From Octopus vulgaris (taxonomy: Eukaryota), in contig OX597826.1 in assembly GCA_951406725.2 (NCBI GenBank), positions 51,026,001 through 51,090,000 on the forward strand: DNA of 64,000 nt, given 5' to 3'. The notes under the pieces were generated by a model, which ran no database searches, was not told the origin of the DNA, and saw only the letters and a list, made by a program, of their open reading frames with translations. Numbering within the stretch: position 1 is the stretch's first letter; each line of letters begins with the position of its first letter. Below are positions 37,685 through 53,462 of this stretch, one piece after another. A program made the translations under genes and the position numbers.

Positions 37685-40600
37685 CGTACGTGTGTATGTG
37701 CACGTTTGTCGGTTAAATCATAAATTAGGTGGCGAGCACTTGTTCCATCTCATCTTCACCTATGACATGATGCTTCTCATTGCTGCAAACAGCAACAACA
37801 ACACCACCAACAAGAATTTCAAGTAGTGTAACTAAACACGCATCTTGAAAACAGAAAGAAAAAAAAAAAAAAAAAATGGAGTCGTGTGAAAATCCTTTAC
37901 GAATAAAAACATCCCGCACCTTTATTTACATTGGACAGCTATTTACAGATCGAATGTTAGATCCCATCAACTCGAAGCACGTGATCTTTATATGTTTGTG
38001 TGTCGCTTAGGCCTGTGTGTTTACTTACTTGTCATGGGGAAAAAATATAAATAAATGCACAGCTGTTGAAAAGATGTGCTGCGTTTTAAATTTCGTTTAT
38101 TCTGATTAGAAGGATCTTGTGCTTCTTGCCCCTTCCTTCGCTGCTTTTACTGTAAACAACAATAATAGTGATTTTTTTTTCATTGCAGTGACCTCTTATG
38201 AGTGTATTTATAAACCCTTTTCATATTGCAGTAGTTTTGCTTCTAATTTACAATGCAATGAATAATATTTGAAGCATTTTAAGTGAATTGTAAATTCGTA
38301 TGACTTTATATACATATATATCAGATGAAGTCAACTGCTTTTAGTACAAAGTATTATGTTACTGAGAGATTTTGTCAAACAGCTACGACCTTTCTCTGTT
38401 GAAAACTTTTTTCTTTGTTGAAAAATCTTATTTTGTCTTTTGAATCATCGCCTAGATGAAGGGTGTAGGGATTTAGAAATAAATCCTACCTAAACGTGCA
38501 GTTTGAACCCCGGCGCCTATAATGTAAGGCTAATTATAATGTTTCGGCTGTGGTATTCCCTTGTTGCTGAGGAGGATGTTTTTGTTGGATGGTGTGGATT
38601 GTGAAGAGTTTCATATGGAATAGGACAACACACATACACACACGAACGCGCGCGCGCGTACGCCATAACATGCAAGCTTGACCGAAATGATTGGTAGAAT
38701 TGTGGTCTGAAGCTGAACGATATTGTATCTTTATTACCAATAGGAATCTGAATTGGAATAGCTGTACAAAATCGCAACGAAATTCCAGCAACGATGTCCT
38801 TCGAAGTAATAGGAAAGGAAAAGGGTGCCGAAATGAGGAGTAAAAAAATAAAATTTTAGAATTTTTTTGTTTTCCACAATCGTAATTTCTGTTGTATGAA
38901 ATACAAAAATACTAAAACTGAAGGTGTGTGTGTGTGTGTGTACCTTTTTCAGTTCTCATGAAGTATGTGGGGGTCGAATGACAACTGTTACAAAATTCCC
39001 CATAGAAAAGTTTATTTCACCATTCATCAAATACATATACCCAAACAAGTATTTTATTGAAACGGCAAGGAAGATGAGATTCTTTGTAGATACCTAGCCT
39101 GCTCGATTTTTAGCAACTAAATTTTTCTTCAACAAACTCCCTCCTGTTTTCGAAATAGAAGCTTAAACATAAAAACCATGTCAGGGGCAGTAGGTGTGTT
39201 CCCCAAATAAAGACAGGACGTTCGCTGTTAGAACGTTGGTCAACTGATAAATTCAAACTAAACAGACGTTACTTGAATGCATAATACATCGGTTTGTATA
39301 CGTCGTTTGTATACATTAGTATAGTTCATACATAAAAAAAAATGCGTTTGACAAATAGTTACAAAGTGACTAAATTATGTGTGTACAGTCAATATGTAAA
39401 TTAGCTATGAGAGTCTAATGAAAATTTTGTTTAGAAATCAAAATGACATTAGGTAGAAATATGTAGCCATGACAGGCGACCTTACGTCTGCTTATCAGAA
39501 AGTGAGAAAATATTATAAGCTAAAGATTTTCGTGAAAATTTCGTTAAGCAGTATAAATTCTCTTTCGTACTTCTATCCTGTATAATAATTGTATTTATCT
39601 TCCAGTTTTAAAGTCCCGTTTATATCTTATATTTGAAACTATCACGTACTATAAACAGCCAATGTTTACTATAAATAGCTTCGAAGCAGGACCTGTGGCT
39701 TTCCCTGAAATATTAGCTAGTTTCATGAAATGACTAAAACGGATTTGAAAAGAAGTTGGTCTCCTCTAATCACGACACTATCTGATCCCTACTATTATAT
39801 AGTTCATTTTAATCTACTAGTAATCAGAAGACCCTAGGTATCAAATATCCCTTCTTACTCCCCCCCCCCATTAATCCATGGTGAGAACTATGATGTCTGT
39901 AAGTAAAAGAAACCATTCCTTCTCCACGGACCATACCAGATTTTTTGCGTCTTCACGATTTCTTTCTATACCTCAACTTCAATAACCACCCAACATCATC
40001 TTCGAGGGATGTTAAGCGATGGACTTTATGACTAAGATTTCTCAAAGCACGACCAGATCTTTGCTCTGATGATGAATCAGTCCTGTGATTCTATTATTTT
40101 GATCCAGCTTTTATCTGTCTTGAAGTCAGGATGTAATCAAACAGAAACTTAGATGTAATCAAACAGAAACTTAATTTTGTTTCTGTCAGAAAATATTCAC
40201 ATCCACATATTTCTTTGTTAATATTTACCCCTCTTCTGTTATATCTTTATATTCCTTTAATTTTGTGTAGGAATACGACTTTCCCTAAATTGTGGAACAG
40301 CTAGACAATGCTTTATTTATAATATTATTAATGATTTAGGGCGTTGAACATGGCACTGCGGTATTTCGCCTGTCTTCGTGTTCTGAGTTCAAATTCTGCC
40401 GAGGTCGGCTTTGCCTTTCATCCTTTTGGGGTTGATAAAATAAATACCAGCTGAACACTGGAGTCAATACATTTGACTCCCCCGGTCTTGTATCAAAAAT
40501 TGAAACCAATATTACTGAATGACTAATGAGTTTCTGTTGTATAATTATTTTTACTTAGCTTTTTTTAAGTGCATTTCATAAAACATGTTAAATGTAATTT

Positions 40601-43600
40601 AATTCTTTCTTGATGACGTAATAAAATTTCGCTTTAAATGTATTTTCCTCTTTTTACCGAACTGATTCCATATTTGTTGTGTTGGAAAATACAGCCTTAA
40701 TCATTACAGTTGGTTTTAGTCTTCTAGATTTAAGAGAAATTTTTCCTACTCTTATACCACGAACGCCTATTCTTTCAAAATTTGCTTTCCAATTTCTGCC
40801 TCGTAGTAAAACAAAAACGTGATGTCACCAGGAAATGCCCAATAAACAACAAAGGAAGCTCATCTCTTTCGTATATGATGCAGAGATATTCACTAGTTTC
40901 ATCAACACTCCCACCCAATTACTTATACCAAATACAACAACCCCAGCTATGAGACAAAATTTTAAAAAATCAAAAGAATGTTGAGGAATATCTAAGTTAG
41001 CAATTGCTTTACTAATACAGTTACTCCCAACGAATTCATTTTGATTGAGCAATGCTTGGCATATTCAACAGTTGGTGACTGTCATTTTTGCTGCGTAACG
41101 CAATCACAGCCACTAGTTAAGGTTCTGAGGCTGTTCTATCTTCCGCTCTCGGAAATATAACTGGCACCTGTCGACCACGGAGGTAAGTGTGGCAAAAAGT
41201 CAGCTCGGTAGCACTTGAACGCAGAACGTGAAAAACCATTGACTTTAGGATGTGTACTTCAAGGGTGTTCGAGGATTAACCAGTGTGATGTGTTCATAAG
41301 ATAAACGTACTTGTGATATTGGGCAAATAGGACCGGTTGTGTAAATGTGGTTTAGTTGTACAAAGTGAAAATGTAGTCTCCGGAAATCCTGGAATTACGA
41401 ATACAGGATCTTATTGGGGGAATGACAAGTGATTGGACAAGGTGGGTCAGATAACAGATGTGCGCGCGCGCATGTTTGTGTAAGCCGCGTCAGTCTACAC
41501 TATGAGAAATCAGGTTTTAGGTGTGTGATTATGATAATGAGGTTTAGCTATCAGATAAATAGCATAGCGCAGCGCAGAAGACAAATAGAACCCTATTTTT
41601 TTTTCCAGGTGGTAGTTCAGAATTTTATGAGTTATTTGAAGTTGAAGAATTAATGTGCTATTTTTATATTCATTATTCACAAGAGGTGGAATATAAGATA
41701 AAGTGGAACTATGGCTATAGTTTTGATGCTCTCTGGAATTGAGATAGATAGATAGATAGATAGATAGAGAGACGCGTGGGTGGAATATTTGAGATTTTGG
41801 GTGGGAGAGACTAATACAAACCGGAAGTGTGTTTCTATTATCAAGTTTACTAAGCAGTTTCGAAAAGATGGGACTCAAGTTGGGTTGTGGGAAGGAGACA
41901 AAACGGAAATATATAGCATTTTAGGCGGAACACACACACAGAGTTTGCGGTCGAATAAATTATCACAGTTATAAATCATGATTAATATTTCTTTTTGTAC
42001 TTTTCTCCTGCTTTTACTGTTGCCAAATGAAGTCGTCTGTTGCTTTTTCAACAACAGCAGTATAGTTAACTTTCTTTCTCTCTCTGAGTCAAGTCTGCAA
42101 CCAAGCTTCGACTGGTGATTGTCACTTCCCATGCTTTGCCCAATGTCCTCGAGAGCAATCAATAAGCAGTCCACCATTTCTAATTGTCTTCATATCTTGT
42201 CAACATTATTTACTCTCTCTCAACTAATATTTCCCAACAAACATTTACCAAACGATCGCTACCAATAAATAAATAAATCAATCAACCGATGATTAATTTT
42301 GTCGTCCCCTGGGTTTGTTAATCTTCTAATATCTACGTCATTATTAGAAACATGGGCTTTTAATTTATTTTGCTTTCCTTTTTTCCTTAATTACTTCTTT
42401 GTAATTTATAACACAAACGAATGAATCTAATTTGAAAAATGGCATTAATTGACTTTGTAATTAAAGTTTTCTCACGGAGACAGATATCGTCACTGGTAAG
42501 CGCACGAAGTGTGTTTCACAAGGACTTCATGAACACCATGTGGGCGCGAAGGCATTGCGTCCTGCTTCTGTAGACCTCCGCCCTCCATTAAGTTTCACTA
42601 TTAATTTTTGTTGCCTAAAAGATCGCACAAGACGGAACTCTGCGTGGGAGTGAATTACCTGCTTCGAGCGAATACGTAAACTCTTCTGCACGCATCGCGT
42701 TACTTTTCTCTTACAAAGTCCCGTGTTCGATTCCGGTGCATGACACCTTCATCAAATGCGGGTTTTTTTTTTTTTTTTTTATAGCCTCAGGTCAGCTCAT
42801 ACCTTGTGAGTGAAACTGGGCAGACGGAGACTGTATAAAAGCCAGTCAGGTGAAATGTACCTGCAATTTAAAGAAAAAAAAATATATAACCTTGTCACAC
42901 GCCGTGTCAGTCTGGGAAATGCTATAAGGGTACACATGTCACTGAGATATTCAGTCACTCAGCAGGTTATTCCACGGAATTGTCATTGTCGAACGACACG
43001 TTTCACCAGACTTTACTTTTCACACTTTTGATGTCAGGACCTTGTGGCTGTTATTTATAATAATTATACTTTATATTTACTATCATGAACGTGCACTCTG
43101 AATGATGATGAGTTCTTTAATAATAATAATAATATATTGCATGTTTGTTGAATAATGTGTTGGTTTGAAATGGTATTTGAAACAACGCGTAACAAAAGAC
43201 ATTCTTCTAACCCACAGAATAGACATTCCCGAATACGAAACATTAATCATTACAAAGTATTTTTTAAAAAAAAAGTAATAAAATTGTAAAATATTTATAT
43301 GTGGTTGTAATTTGAAAATAAAAAGACAACAAAAGACGGGAGGCAAAAACAACCTACTCAACTTGTCAATTGTTCCACACACACGCACACACATATAATA
43401 TAGAACTTAGCAGTTTATTAAAAGGGACCGATAGAAGAATTACCAGGCTCAGAGAAAATAAGTATTGGGAGTCGATTCATTCGACTAAAAATTTGCCAAG
43501 GTGGTGCTCCACCATGGCCGTAAGTATGACTGAAATAAGTAGAAAACATATACACACACACGCATACATCCATATACACGCGCGCGCGCACCCGTACACT

Positions 43601-44996
43601 TTAATGAATCACATGTATAAACACGTGACTTCTCTCGCTCTGACCGTAAATGTTATACAGCTTGTCTCTCCACCATTACCCTCATATCTGCTGCTTACAA
43701 AATTCAGCTACATTCTATGCTTCTCGACAACAGTGACGTATTCATAACTATACTTAAAGCACACACATACATACTCGTGTGTGTTTTCTATTTGTTTATT
43801 AAAGTACACTTATTTCCACACCGCCGTCCCTTACGACTGCATTTCAAGCACGTGGTTTAGTCTATTTTGTAACCTATCTAGGTCAGTTTCTCTCTATCTC
43901 CCCCCCCCACCTTATTGTTCACATTAGAGCTATTACGTATAAAACACGGGATTCAGTTATTTATGACTGGGTGTATGTATGTATGTAATGCGTGCGGGCA
44001 TTGGCATGGATATTCTTATTTGATAACAATAAAAGTGTTTACGTTTCCTATGACATATATCTATTATATCTACGATTTTAAGATATAGCATAGTTATACA
44101 CGTGGATTATGAGAAACGTGTCGAAAAACTCGGCGACGGTGGTGGGAAAACAACAGCCAGAGACTCGAGTTACCCCAGGTTTCAGAAATCATGTGTTATC
44201 ACACGTGAACATGCGTGGGACAGGCGGCGCTTTTTTTCTTTTTCTTTTCATTTTTTTTTTTTTATCAGTATCTTGCTATTTATCTACTCGCTACAAGAAA
44301 TAATAAGGACTACTTTGGTTAGTACGAGTTGTAGTTTACACCACGCGCTTCGGATTCTTGTAGTGTTATTTGATGAATGATAGAGAAATCTTCCTGAAAG
44401 ATGTGCTTTTAGACAGCAAACCCCGCTGGAAGCAGATTTTGTCTTGTCTAGTCATTGCAGGTATTCAATGGCGCCAGTAGATTCACTACGATTAACGCTC
44501 TGTCATCTTTATATATGGACGACCACGTTTTCTGAGCGCTAAATTTTACGACAGACAATGCTCTCCATATAAAGACATTGAGTTAGGCTCTGTGATCAAA
44601 CTGCACTGCGGTCAACTTTTCTTGTCACGCATGCACGATAATCTCCAACTTGTCAAGTGATATCTCTCCAAACATTAACTCTTTACGTAAATGTGCTATG
44701 GAACCCAAAATAAATCAATCTGTAACACGAAACCTGATTAAATGTCTTTCTCCACGTGGTGTTAGTAAATTAGTCACGGAATTGGGCCAATCCTGATTGA
44801 AGCCTGCATATATCAATCAATTAATGAATGACAAAAGGACCAGAGTTCATAATCCCCTCTGTTAACTTATAGCTGTACATAGGATGTTGTACAACCACTT
44901 AACTTTGAGTGTACTTCTTATTGCAGAAAGAGCTGTAAGCAAGTGAAGGTGCCTATGTCACTCCTGTTCTTTTGTCATTAAATAATTGATATAATG

Positions 44997-45411
44997 GGAT
45001 CTTTTCGGTTTGAACGGCAGTTTTTTCTAGCTGTGTCATATGAAATTGTCACCCATAATTATGACCCTAGTATCGATCTATTGCATTTCTATCTGTTTTA
45101 GGGTTAGAGTGTGGGGAGAAGAGTATCTTTTTTTCTTCACAAATGTAAAAAAAACCCAATCTGTTTCTTAAACGAGGGACATATTCATACGGCACAGAAT
45201 GTTTTCTATCTCAATAGACGTCAGTGATTGGTTGAAATTGCAGAAATTGAAGAAAAAAAAACAACAAATATCTTACAAACTATAGAATTTTCTCAATAAA
45301 GCCAAGAGAAAAAGATGTTTTATAAACACATTCTACCAGTATACGAAGTTTCAAATTTTTTAGTTACCTAGAAATTATTTTTAAAAACTGCCGTTCAAAC
45401 CGAAAAGATCC
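44997..45411. mobile_element. MITE with GG...CC ends and 8-bp TSD (Merlin-like)
   Basis: 29-bp TIR GGATCTTTTCGGTTTGAACGGCAGTTTTT; ATATAATG duplicated at 44989-44996 and 45412-45419. Confidence 0.88.
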
Positions 45412-45519
45412 ATATAATGCTCTGTACTGACCTAACACTTTACTCTAAAGCATAAGTACATTGAGTTCTAACAATGGGTTATCGCTATCCCTAAGCAAAT
45501 TCATAATATATGTTATGGG

Positions 45520-45945
45520 TAGAGCTGTGTGGTAAGGAGTTAGTTTCCCAACCACATGGCACCTTGGGCAAGTATCTTCTACTGTAGCCTCAGGTCGACC
45601 AGGACTTTGTGAGTGGATTTGGTTGATTGAAACTGAAAGAAGTCTGCTATATATAATAAATATATACATATTTCTGTAAATCACCAGTTCCAGTTAAACC
45701 GTCCAAACTATGTCAGCATGGAAAACGGATTCTAAATGATGATGATGTGTTTGTGTTTGTTTGTTCCCCACCACTACCTGACTACTGGTGTTAGTTTGTT
45801 TATGTTTCTCTACTTTAACAGTTTGAGAAAAGAGACCAAGAGTACCCAACATAAAAGCATAAGTCCTGTGGTCAATTTGTTCGACTAAACCCTTCAAGGC
45901 GGTACTTCCAGCATGGCCGCCGTCCAATGACTGAATCAAGTAAAA
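45520..45945 (+). mobile_element. family C SINE with a family A 3' fragment inside it
   Basis: GCTGTGTGGTAAG...CCTTGGGCAAGT head; CCAGTTAAACCGTCCAA...(GAT)n at ~45690-45747; CCAGCATGGCCGC tail. Confidence 0.7.
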
Positions 45946-47474
45946 GTTATATATATGCAATGTTTTAATGAGAATGTGTCTGGGACCGATTCCAAATATT
46001 TGCAATGTGTCTGTTCGCTCTTAAAAACATTTTGATTGACTTGGACATGAATGTCTCACAATGAAAAGTTATATTCACGTTCATCTCTGCTGGAACATGT
46101 TAACAATGAACAAACACAGCATTGTCTTCATTCTCTCATATTTGTTACTCATAATTAGTAACAGAACTAATTTTCTTTAGATTGGCTCATTTAGTACTTA
46201 ATAGCACTTGCTACAAGCATTCCTTTGATTATATTTATATATATATACACTTAATCTTTTTTTAATGTTAAATATACTGCTCTCTCTCTCTCTCTCTCTC
46301 CCCTCTCTCTTTCCCACGCTCTTCTCCTTTAAACACCACCTCCCTCACATCATCTCCACCACATTTCTCACCTGTTTACAAATATATCATTCTGCCATTC
46401 TCCACTCTTTCTGTACTGTCTCTTATTACCCTCCCAATCCCAAACTGATATATATACCATCGGTCAGACGTTCACTCTTGTTCACTATTTATGACATTGA
46501 CCTGTACCCCTATCTCCAAACTTATGTCACCCATCTTTGTACACTCTTGCAATGTTACCCACCCTGTCCTTTCTGAACTTCTGTCTCTGCTCTCACTATT
46601 CACCTTCTTGTACCTTGAGGGTACGTCCTTACATATCGCTATCACTCTTTTACTTGCTGTCCAGCAATTCTTACCCACTTTATATAATGTTGGGCTAGCC
46701 ATGTATCTCAGAAAGCACTTTTTGTCTTTTGAGGTACATGGTGACCTCACTAGTGCTGGTGTTACAAAAAACAAAAAAAAAAAGAACACTGTCCAATATC
46801 TAAAATGGTTGGCAATAAGTAGGGCATCCAACAGTAGAAATTATGCCAAAGCAGACACTGGAGTTTGACTTCTTAGATCCTATTGAACTGTCCAAACCAT
46901 GCCTGTCTGGAAGATGGTTATTAAATGATGATGACGATGATGGCTCCCATGGGAGCTATAACATTTAAGTATTCCATGTTTTAAATAGTAAAAGTAATGC
47001 TCATGAAATATCAACTATTGTAAAAGTTGGGTCAGAATCTAAGATTAGCAGATATGAGAAACATTGATATTTTGTATAGATGGATGATGTATCAGAGTTG
47101 GTGATTAACGCTTGAAGGATTGGAGTATATAAAGACTTATGAATAGAAAAAGTGGTTGAAGATTTTTTTCCTTTTACATTCTTCTTTAGATATATATAAA
47201 AGTGGTATTTCAATTTAAAACTGCATTTCAATTTAGAAGTTCTTAAAGACTACAGGAAATTTCTGTTTCTAGAGCAGAAACAATCCCTATGGCTAAAGGA
47301 TAAAATTGGAAAGGGCAGTTACAATTTTAAAAATAATCATGAAATATAACATGTTCGTATTTGTGAACAATTTTTTTCGATTTATAATTTAAACATGAAA
47401 GAAAATGAAACAAAATATCTTTGTCTTTTGAGACAGTATCTGTGGGTACAACCAGTAACACAGCCATTGTACAT

Positions 47475-47542
<68 letters not shown>

Positions 47543-48982
47543 TTAGACATGGCCTGAGATATTAATGGCCAACCTATATAAGCTAAGTCATATTAATACA
47601 TGTATAAATATATATATATGTATAGAAATATATATATATTTATATACCTATATATATGTATGTGTGTATACATACTCTATTAACTTCTTTAGCATGACTG
47701 TCTGAAGCATTTTAATATTTTTGCGTGCAAAACAATCAAAACATGCCCTTCTTCTCCCCCTCACACACATGTATGCACACAATGAAACAATTGCAGCTGA
47801 TATGATCTGTGACTCATGTGCTGCTAATCCAGTAGCTTATCCATTCAGCTACTTTTGGGTTGTATAGTCTCTGTTAGTTCTGGTTGAGGTCATCTTTTAG
47901 GCAAATCTAGTCGAGCATATATCCATTGAGAATGTGCACAGAGCCAGTACTTCACACCGCATGCTCTACTTTTTGCTAAAACAGGATTGAGCTGCAAAGA
48001 GTATTTTTGGTGGGATGTCTGACTCTAAGTTAGCACTGATCAAAATGTTTCAGTTGTAATGATCATATCTTTTATTCATGCACTGTGTATCTAGGACTGT
48101 ATTTTACCTGATATGATCCTCTGTCATGTTTTAGCCTCTCAACATTTAACATAAAGCCGCCCCACCTCTACTATACTCTCATTTAGCCTAGGGAGCTTTT
48201 TTAGTCTTGCAGGTTGATATAGTGATCTCCTTAATATGTTAATATGGTGCCACAAGAAAAGTGTCTGATACATGTTGTAAAGTGGTTGGTATTATGAAGA
48301 ACATCCAGTCATAGAAACTATATCACAGCAGACATTGGAGCTTGATATAGCCTTCTGACTTGTGGTTCCTGTTGAACCTTCCAATTCCTGCCAGCATGAA
48401 AGACTAATATTAAATTATGCAGATTGTGATGTGCTAAGAGATATTAGGATGTAATTTGAGGAAAATCAGGCTGTTATTTCTAGCAGGTTGATGCAGTATG
48501 TTGTGTAGAAGCTCCCTCATTATTTCAAAGTCACCATCTGTTTATTAATTCTAAACTTTTTCATCACAGTGTCCTTAACAACCTTCCACCTTGTTAGATC
48601 ATTTGAATGTGGAAGTCTTGTTTTACTACTTTTCCCCTTCTGTCTGTTGAAAAGCTTTTCCTTGTGAATGCTTCCCAGAGCACAAAGAAACAAGGAAATA
48701 ATTTTAAAAGTAATCTCTTCACAATATTCTCACGATTCTGAAAAAGACATTCACTTATTTATCATAAACATGTGAATACATCCATAAGTAATTTCAGTTT
48801 CTTCTGTTTTTCTCTCTTCAACGTTATTTATTTTTTTTATACAAATGATATAAAATATATTTTTAGTTTTTACTGCTGCTATCTTTGTAAAAGCTAATCA
48901 TCTTATTTTACTTGTCTCAAAAATGGTTCGATGAATTCACAGGATTTTCATATATTTCTTATATTTCTTCTGGCTGCCAGCT

Positions 48983-49192
48983 CTGTCTGGCACCAGTGCG
49001 GGTGGCACGTAAAAAGCACCCACTACACTCACGGAGTGGTTGGCGTTAGGAAGGGCATCCAGCCGTAGAAACACTGCCAGATTTGACTGGGCCTGATGAA
49101 GCCTTCTGGCTTCACAGACCCCCAGTAGGACCGTCCAACCCATGCTAGCATGGAAAACGGACGCTAAACGATGATGATGATGATGATGATGA
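48983..49192 (+). mobile_element. family A retroposon
   Basis: Matches 12593-12787; (GAT)n tail. Confidence 0.85.
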
Positions 49193-49844
49193 TATATATA
49201 TATATATTTTGATTCCTGGTGTCTTTTTTTTTTTTCACTTTCCAACAATGTTTATATCGTAGAATCAAGGGTGGTCTCAAGTAGGTTGATATCAAAAGTA
49301 GGTTTACACCAATCCACACAGTTCTCTGATAGAAACGTTCCGTTTTAAACATGATTTAAGTTAAACGCTTCCATCAAAATTTCATCTTACAGCCAATATT
49401 TTTCAAGGGATGGAGTTAGTTGATACCACCCACCTCTACTAGTAATTTATTTTATCAACCTTGATAGGATGAATGCCAAAGTTGATTGCTGTGAAATTTG
49501 AAATCAGGATGTAAAGAGCTGGAAGAAATACGTCATGGTGTTTATATCGCATTCTTACAATTCTACCAGCTTATAATACAAAACTTCAGTTTAATGACAA
49601 TATTATTTTATTAAACTCTTCATATTTCTCAAAATTAATTGAGACAAAGGCAGTATAATTCTACAGATTTATAATAAAAAGGTTCAATTGTATTTCATAT
49701 TTATTCTTTTTCACAATGAAATTTCTCCTCTGTCAAATTTATTTTCTTATTTGTATTATTAATTAGTTTTATAATTAAAGTAATTTCTGTGTTTTTTCTC
49801 TTTTTCAGTTTGTTTGTATCGTGGTTCTTGACTGATTGTTAAGA

Positions 49845-50043
49845 ATGCCTGAGCTGGTTATGGACACAGAGTTGGCGATGTCTGGACTAGTCGAGCTGAA
49901 ACCCTACAATCACCAAGTAGGGGGTCATTGCTCAGTCCTTCACTTCAATGATACAACCCTTTGCAAACCTCTCACCTCTCGCGAGCGTTATTTCTATGAA
50001 ACTCTACCCCCAGAGTTGAAGGAATTTACTCCAACTTACAGAG
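49845..50043 (+). CDS. IP6K: inositol hexakisphosphate kinase, first coding exon
   Basis: [67 protein letters not shown] matches the IP6K N-terminus (LEPF.HQVGGH...T.CKPL..RE..FYE.LP.EM..FTP.Y.G); acceptor TTTTTCAG ends at 49808 (exon starts 49809); donor GTGAGT at 50044, phase 1; alternative in-frame ATGs at 49860 and 49878. Confidence 0.93.
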
Positions 50044-50871
50044 GTGAGTGTTTTCTGATCTGTTGCTACTTCCATCACAAACAGTGTGTGTAGGTGTAGT
50101 AGATGTGCATGATGAAGATTTTGAGTAGGGTGTGAGTCTATCTGCAAATGTACATGTGTGTGTATACTTCAATTAGAGGGTAACATAATATATGTATCTT
50201 TTTAGTTGGTGATTGGCAAGGGCAGAGTACATATAGCTTTATTACTTTTGGTTGAGACTAGATGAGGTTAATGTATACTTAATGTTAAGCTGAAATTCTT
50301 GCAGGTAAGTAGTATAAACAGGGACAGAGAGGAAGTTGTAAAGCGGAGCCAAGTTAATTAGTTACCAAGTTATACGATATCCGATATCCTCGTGTTGGTA
50401 TCGGGAAATTTTTTTTCAAAATATACTTAGATAAAGACAAGCTATCCTTCACTAACAATTTCCCTCCTGTGGCACTTGTTCCAAATGGCTTTTAAGCCAT
50501 TTACAATCACTTCCCACAAAATATGCAGGGTCCTCCCTTTGTCATCTCTATCACTACTACTGCTGCCACTACTCCTCTGAACTTAGTGACACTATATTTT
50601 TTACCTCAACCTGAACCCACCCACTGCTTTCTCCTCCGTATTCTTCTTCTTTATCTTGCTCCTTTTAGTGCCAATATCAAATCAGTTTCCCCAATTCTTT
50701 ACCTGCAGAACTATTCCTCATCAGAATTTTCAAACTGCTCTCATTTATACCAGTTAAAATAATTTTAACTGAACCCTTTTGTTATCAATCCACCTGAAAC
50801 CACCCCTGGCTCTATCATACAAACTAAATTAAAACTTTCCATCAAAATTTTATGTCAATTTATGTTTCAAA

Positions 50872-51136
50872 TGTGGAGGCACGTGGCTTAGTGGTTAGGG
50901 TGTCGGCATCATGATCGTAAGATTGTGGTTTTGATTTCTGGACTGGGCGACACGTTGTGTTCTTGAGCAAAACACTTCATTTCACAATGCTCCAGTCCAC
51001 TCAGGTGGCAAAAATGAGTAACGCTGCGATGGACTGGCGTCCCATCCAGCTGGGGAACACATACACCATTGAAACCAGGAAACTGGTCCCATGAGCCTGG
51101 CTAGGCTTTAAAAGGGCACATTTATTTTTTTTTATA
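50872..51136 (+). mobile_element. tRNA-derived SINE inserted in a piggyBac-type MITE
   Basis: A-box TGGCTTAGTGG; TSD TTATGTTTCAAA at 50860-50871 and 51137-51148; host MITE spans ~50770-51288. Confidence 0.82.
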
Positions 51137-52222
51137 TTATGTTTCAAACACCAGCTATATATTGACAAAATCATTTTACTAAATTCTGTATTATTTTCTA
51201 TATTATTTTATTAAATTCTTCATTATTTAAAAAATTAATTGGAACAAAAGCAATGCATTTCAACAGAAATATGGTAACAAAAGGATTAGAATAATAATTA
51301 TATTAATCTCACTCTGGTAAATCAATGGATACTGTTGTCTTCCCTGTCATTATCTAAAACAAAAAACAACAGAGTGTCTACATTGCCATGTGATCTGTTA
51401 GAAACAGTAGTCCATATTTCTCTCACACCCACTTGGATAATGTAGTTCTATTTGTGAACAAAAATAAGAGAGTCATGGTTAGCATATCTTTGATCATAGA
51501 CCTACTTGCTTAATGGGGCTGATCTGGGCTTAAACAACCACCACCCAAACCAGCCAAACACACCCAAATAAATTCTTTCATAAAAAATCAGAATTGATTC
51601 AGCGGGTCATTGTTGTTGCAGCATAAGGTAGGTTGTGTGAGAAGGAAGGAATGATTGCTCTAATATTTGTATAAGTTTCCATATTTTTTTTATTACCCAG
51701 GACATTTACATTCATGTATGTGCAACAATTATTTGAATGCAACTTCGTAGAAGAAATAGTGAAAGTGAACATTAAAAGTCTTCATTGAGTGAAATATTTT
51801 AGTGGTTTATGTGAAAACTGTTCATGGTTATTAAAAACAGAACAAGTAGAAATCATGAGGACACCTTATCTCAAAACTGCTTAACAGAGTTCTGTGTAGT
51901 TGTTCACTTTGGGAGTTCAGTATCTCAGCTTTTTATAACACTTAGTCGTGCTTCTAGAACTTTTGGCCGAACTATTTGGCAAGAAAATTCGCAAAACTTA
52001 CTTTCAAGTTTATCACTATTTAGTTTCACAGCAGCTGATCTGATTGGTTAAACTTTGTTCACACAGGTGTTAATACCTTTTTTTGGCAAAAGTTGACTTC
52101 TTTTAGCTGGCTTTTGCTTGTATAGCAATATAGTTTCTGTGTGATCCTAAACTGGGGGCCTGAGCAGGATGGTTTGAAATGCAGCAGAAGCCTCTCTACA
52201 TTTCTGTCAGCTTTAATCTGGA

Positions 52223-53462
<1,240 letters not shown>

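Noticed and set aside
50044-50093. ORF-track extension of the IP6K exon ([15 protein letters not shown]), and the MLFLT lead-in at 60885
   Set aside because: These lie beyond the GTGAGT donor or before the AG acceptor; intronic read-through
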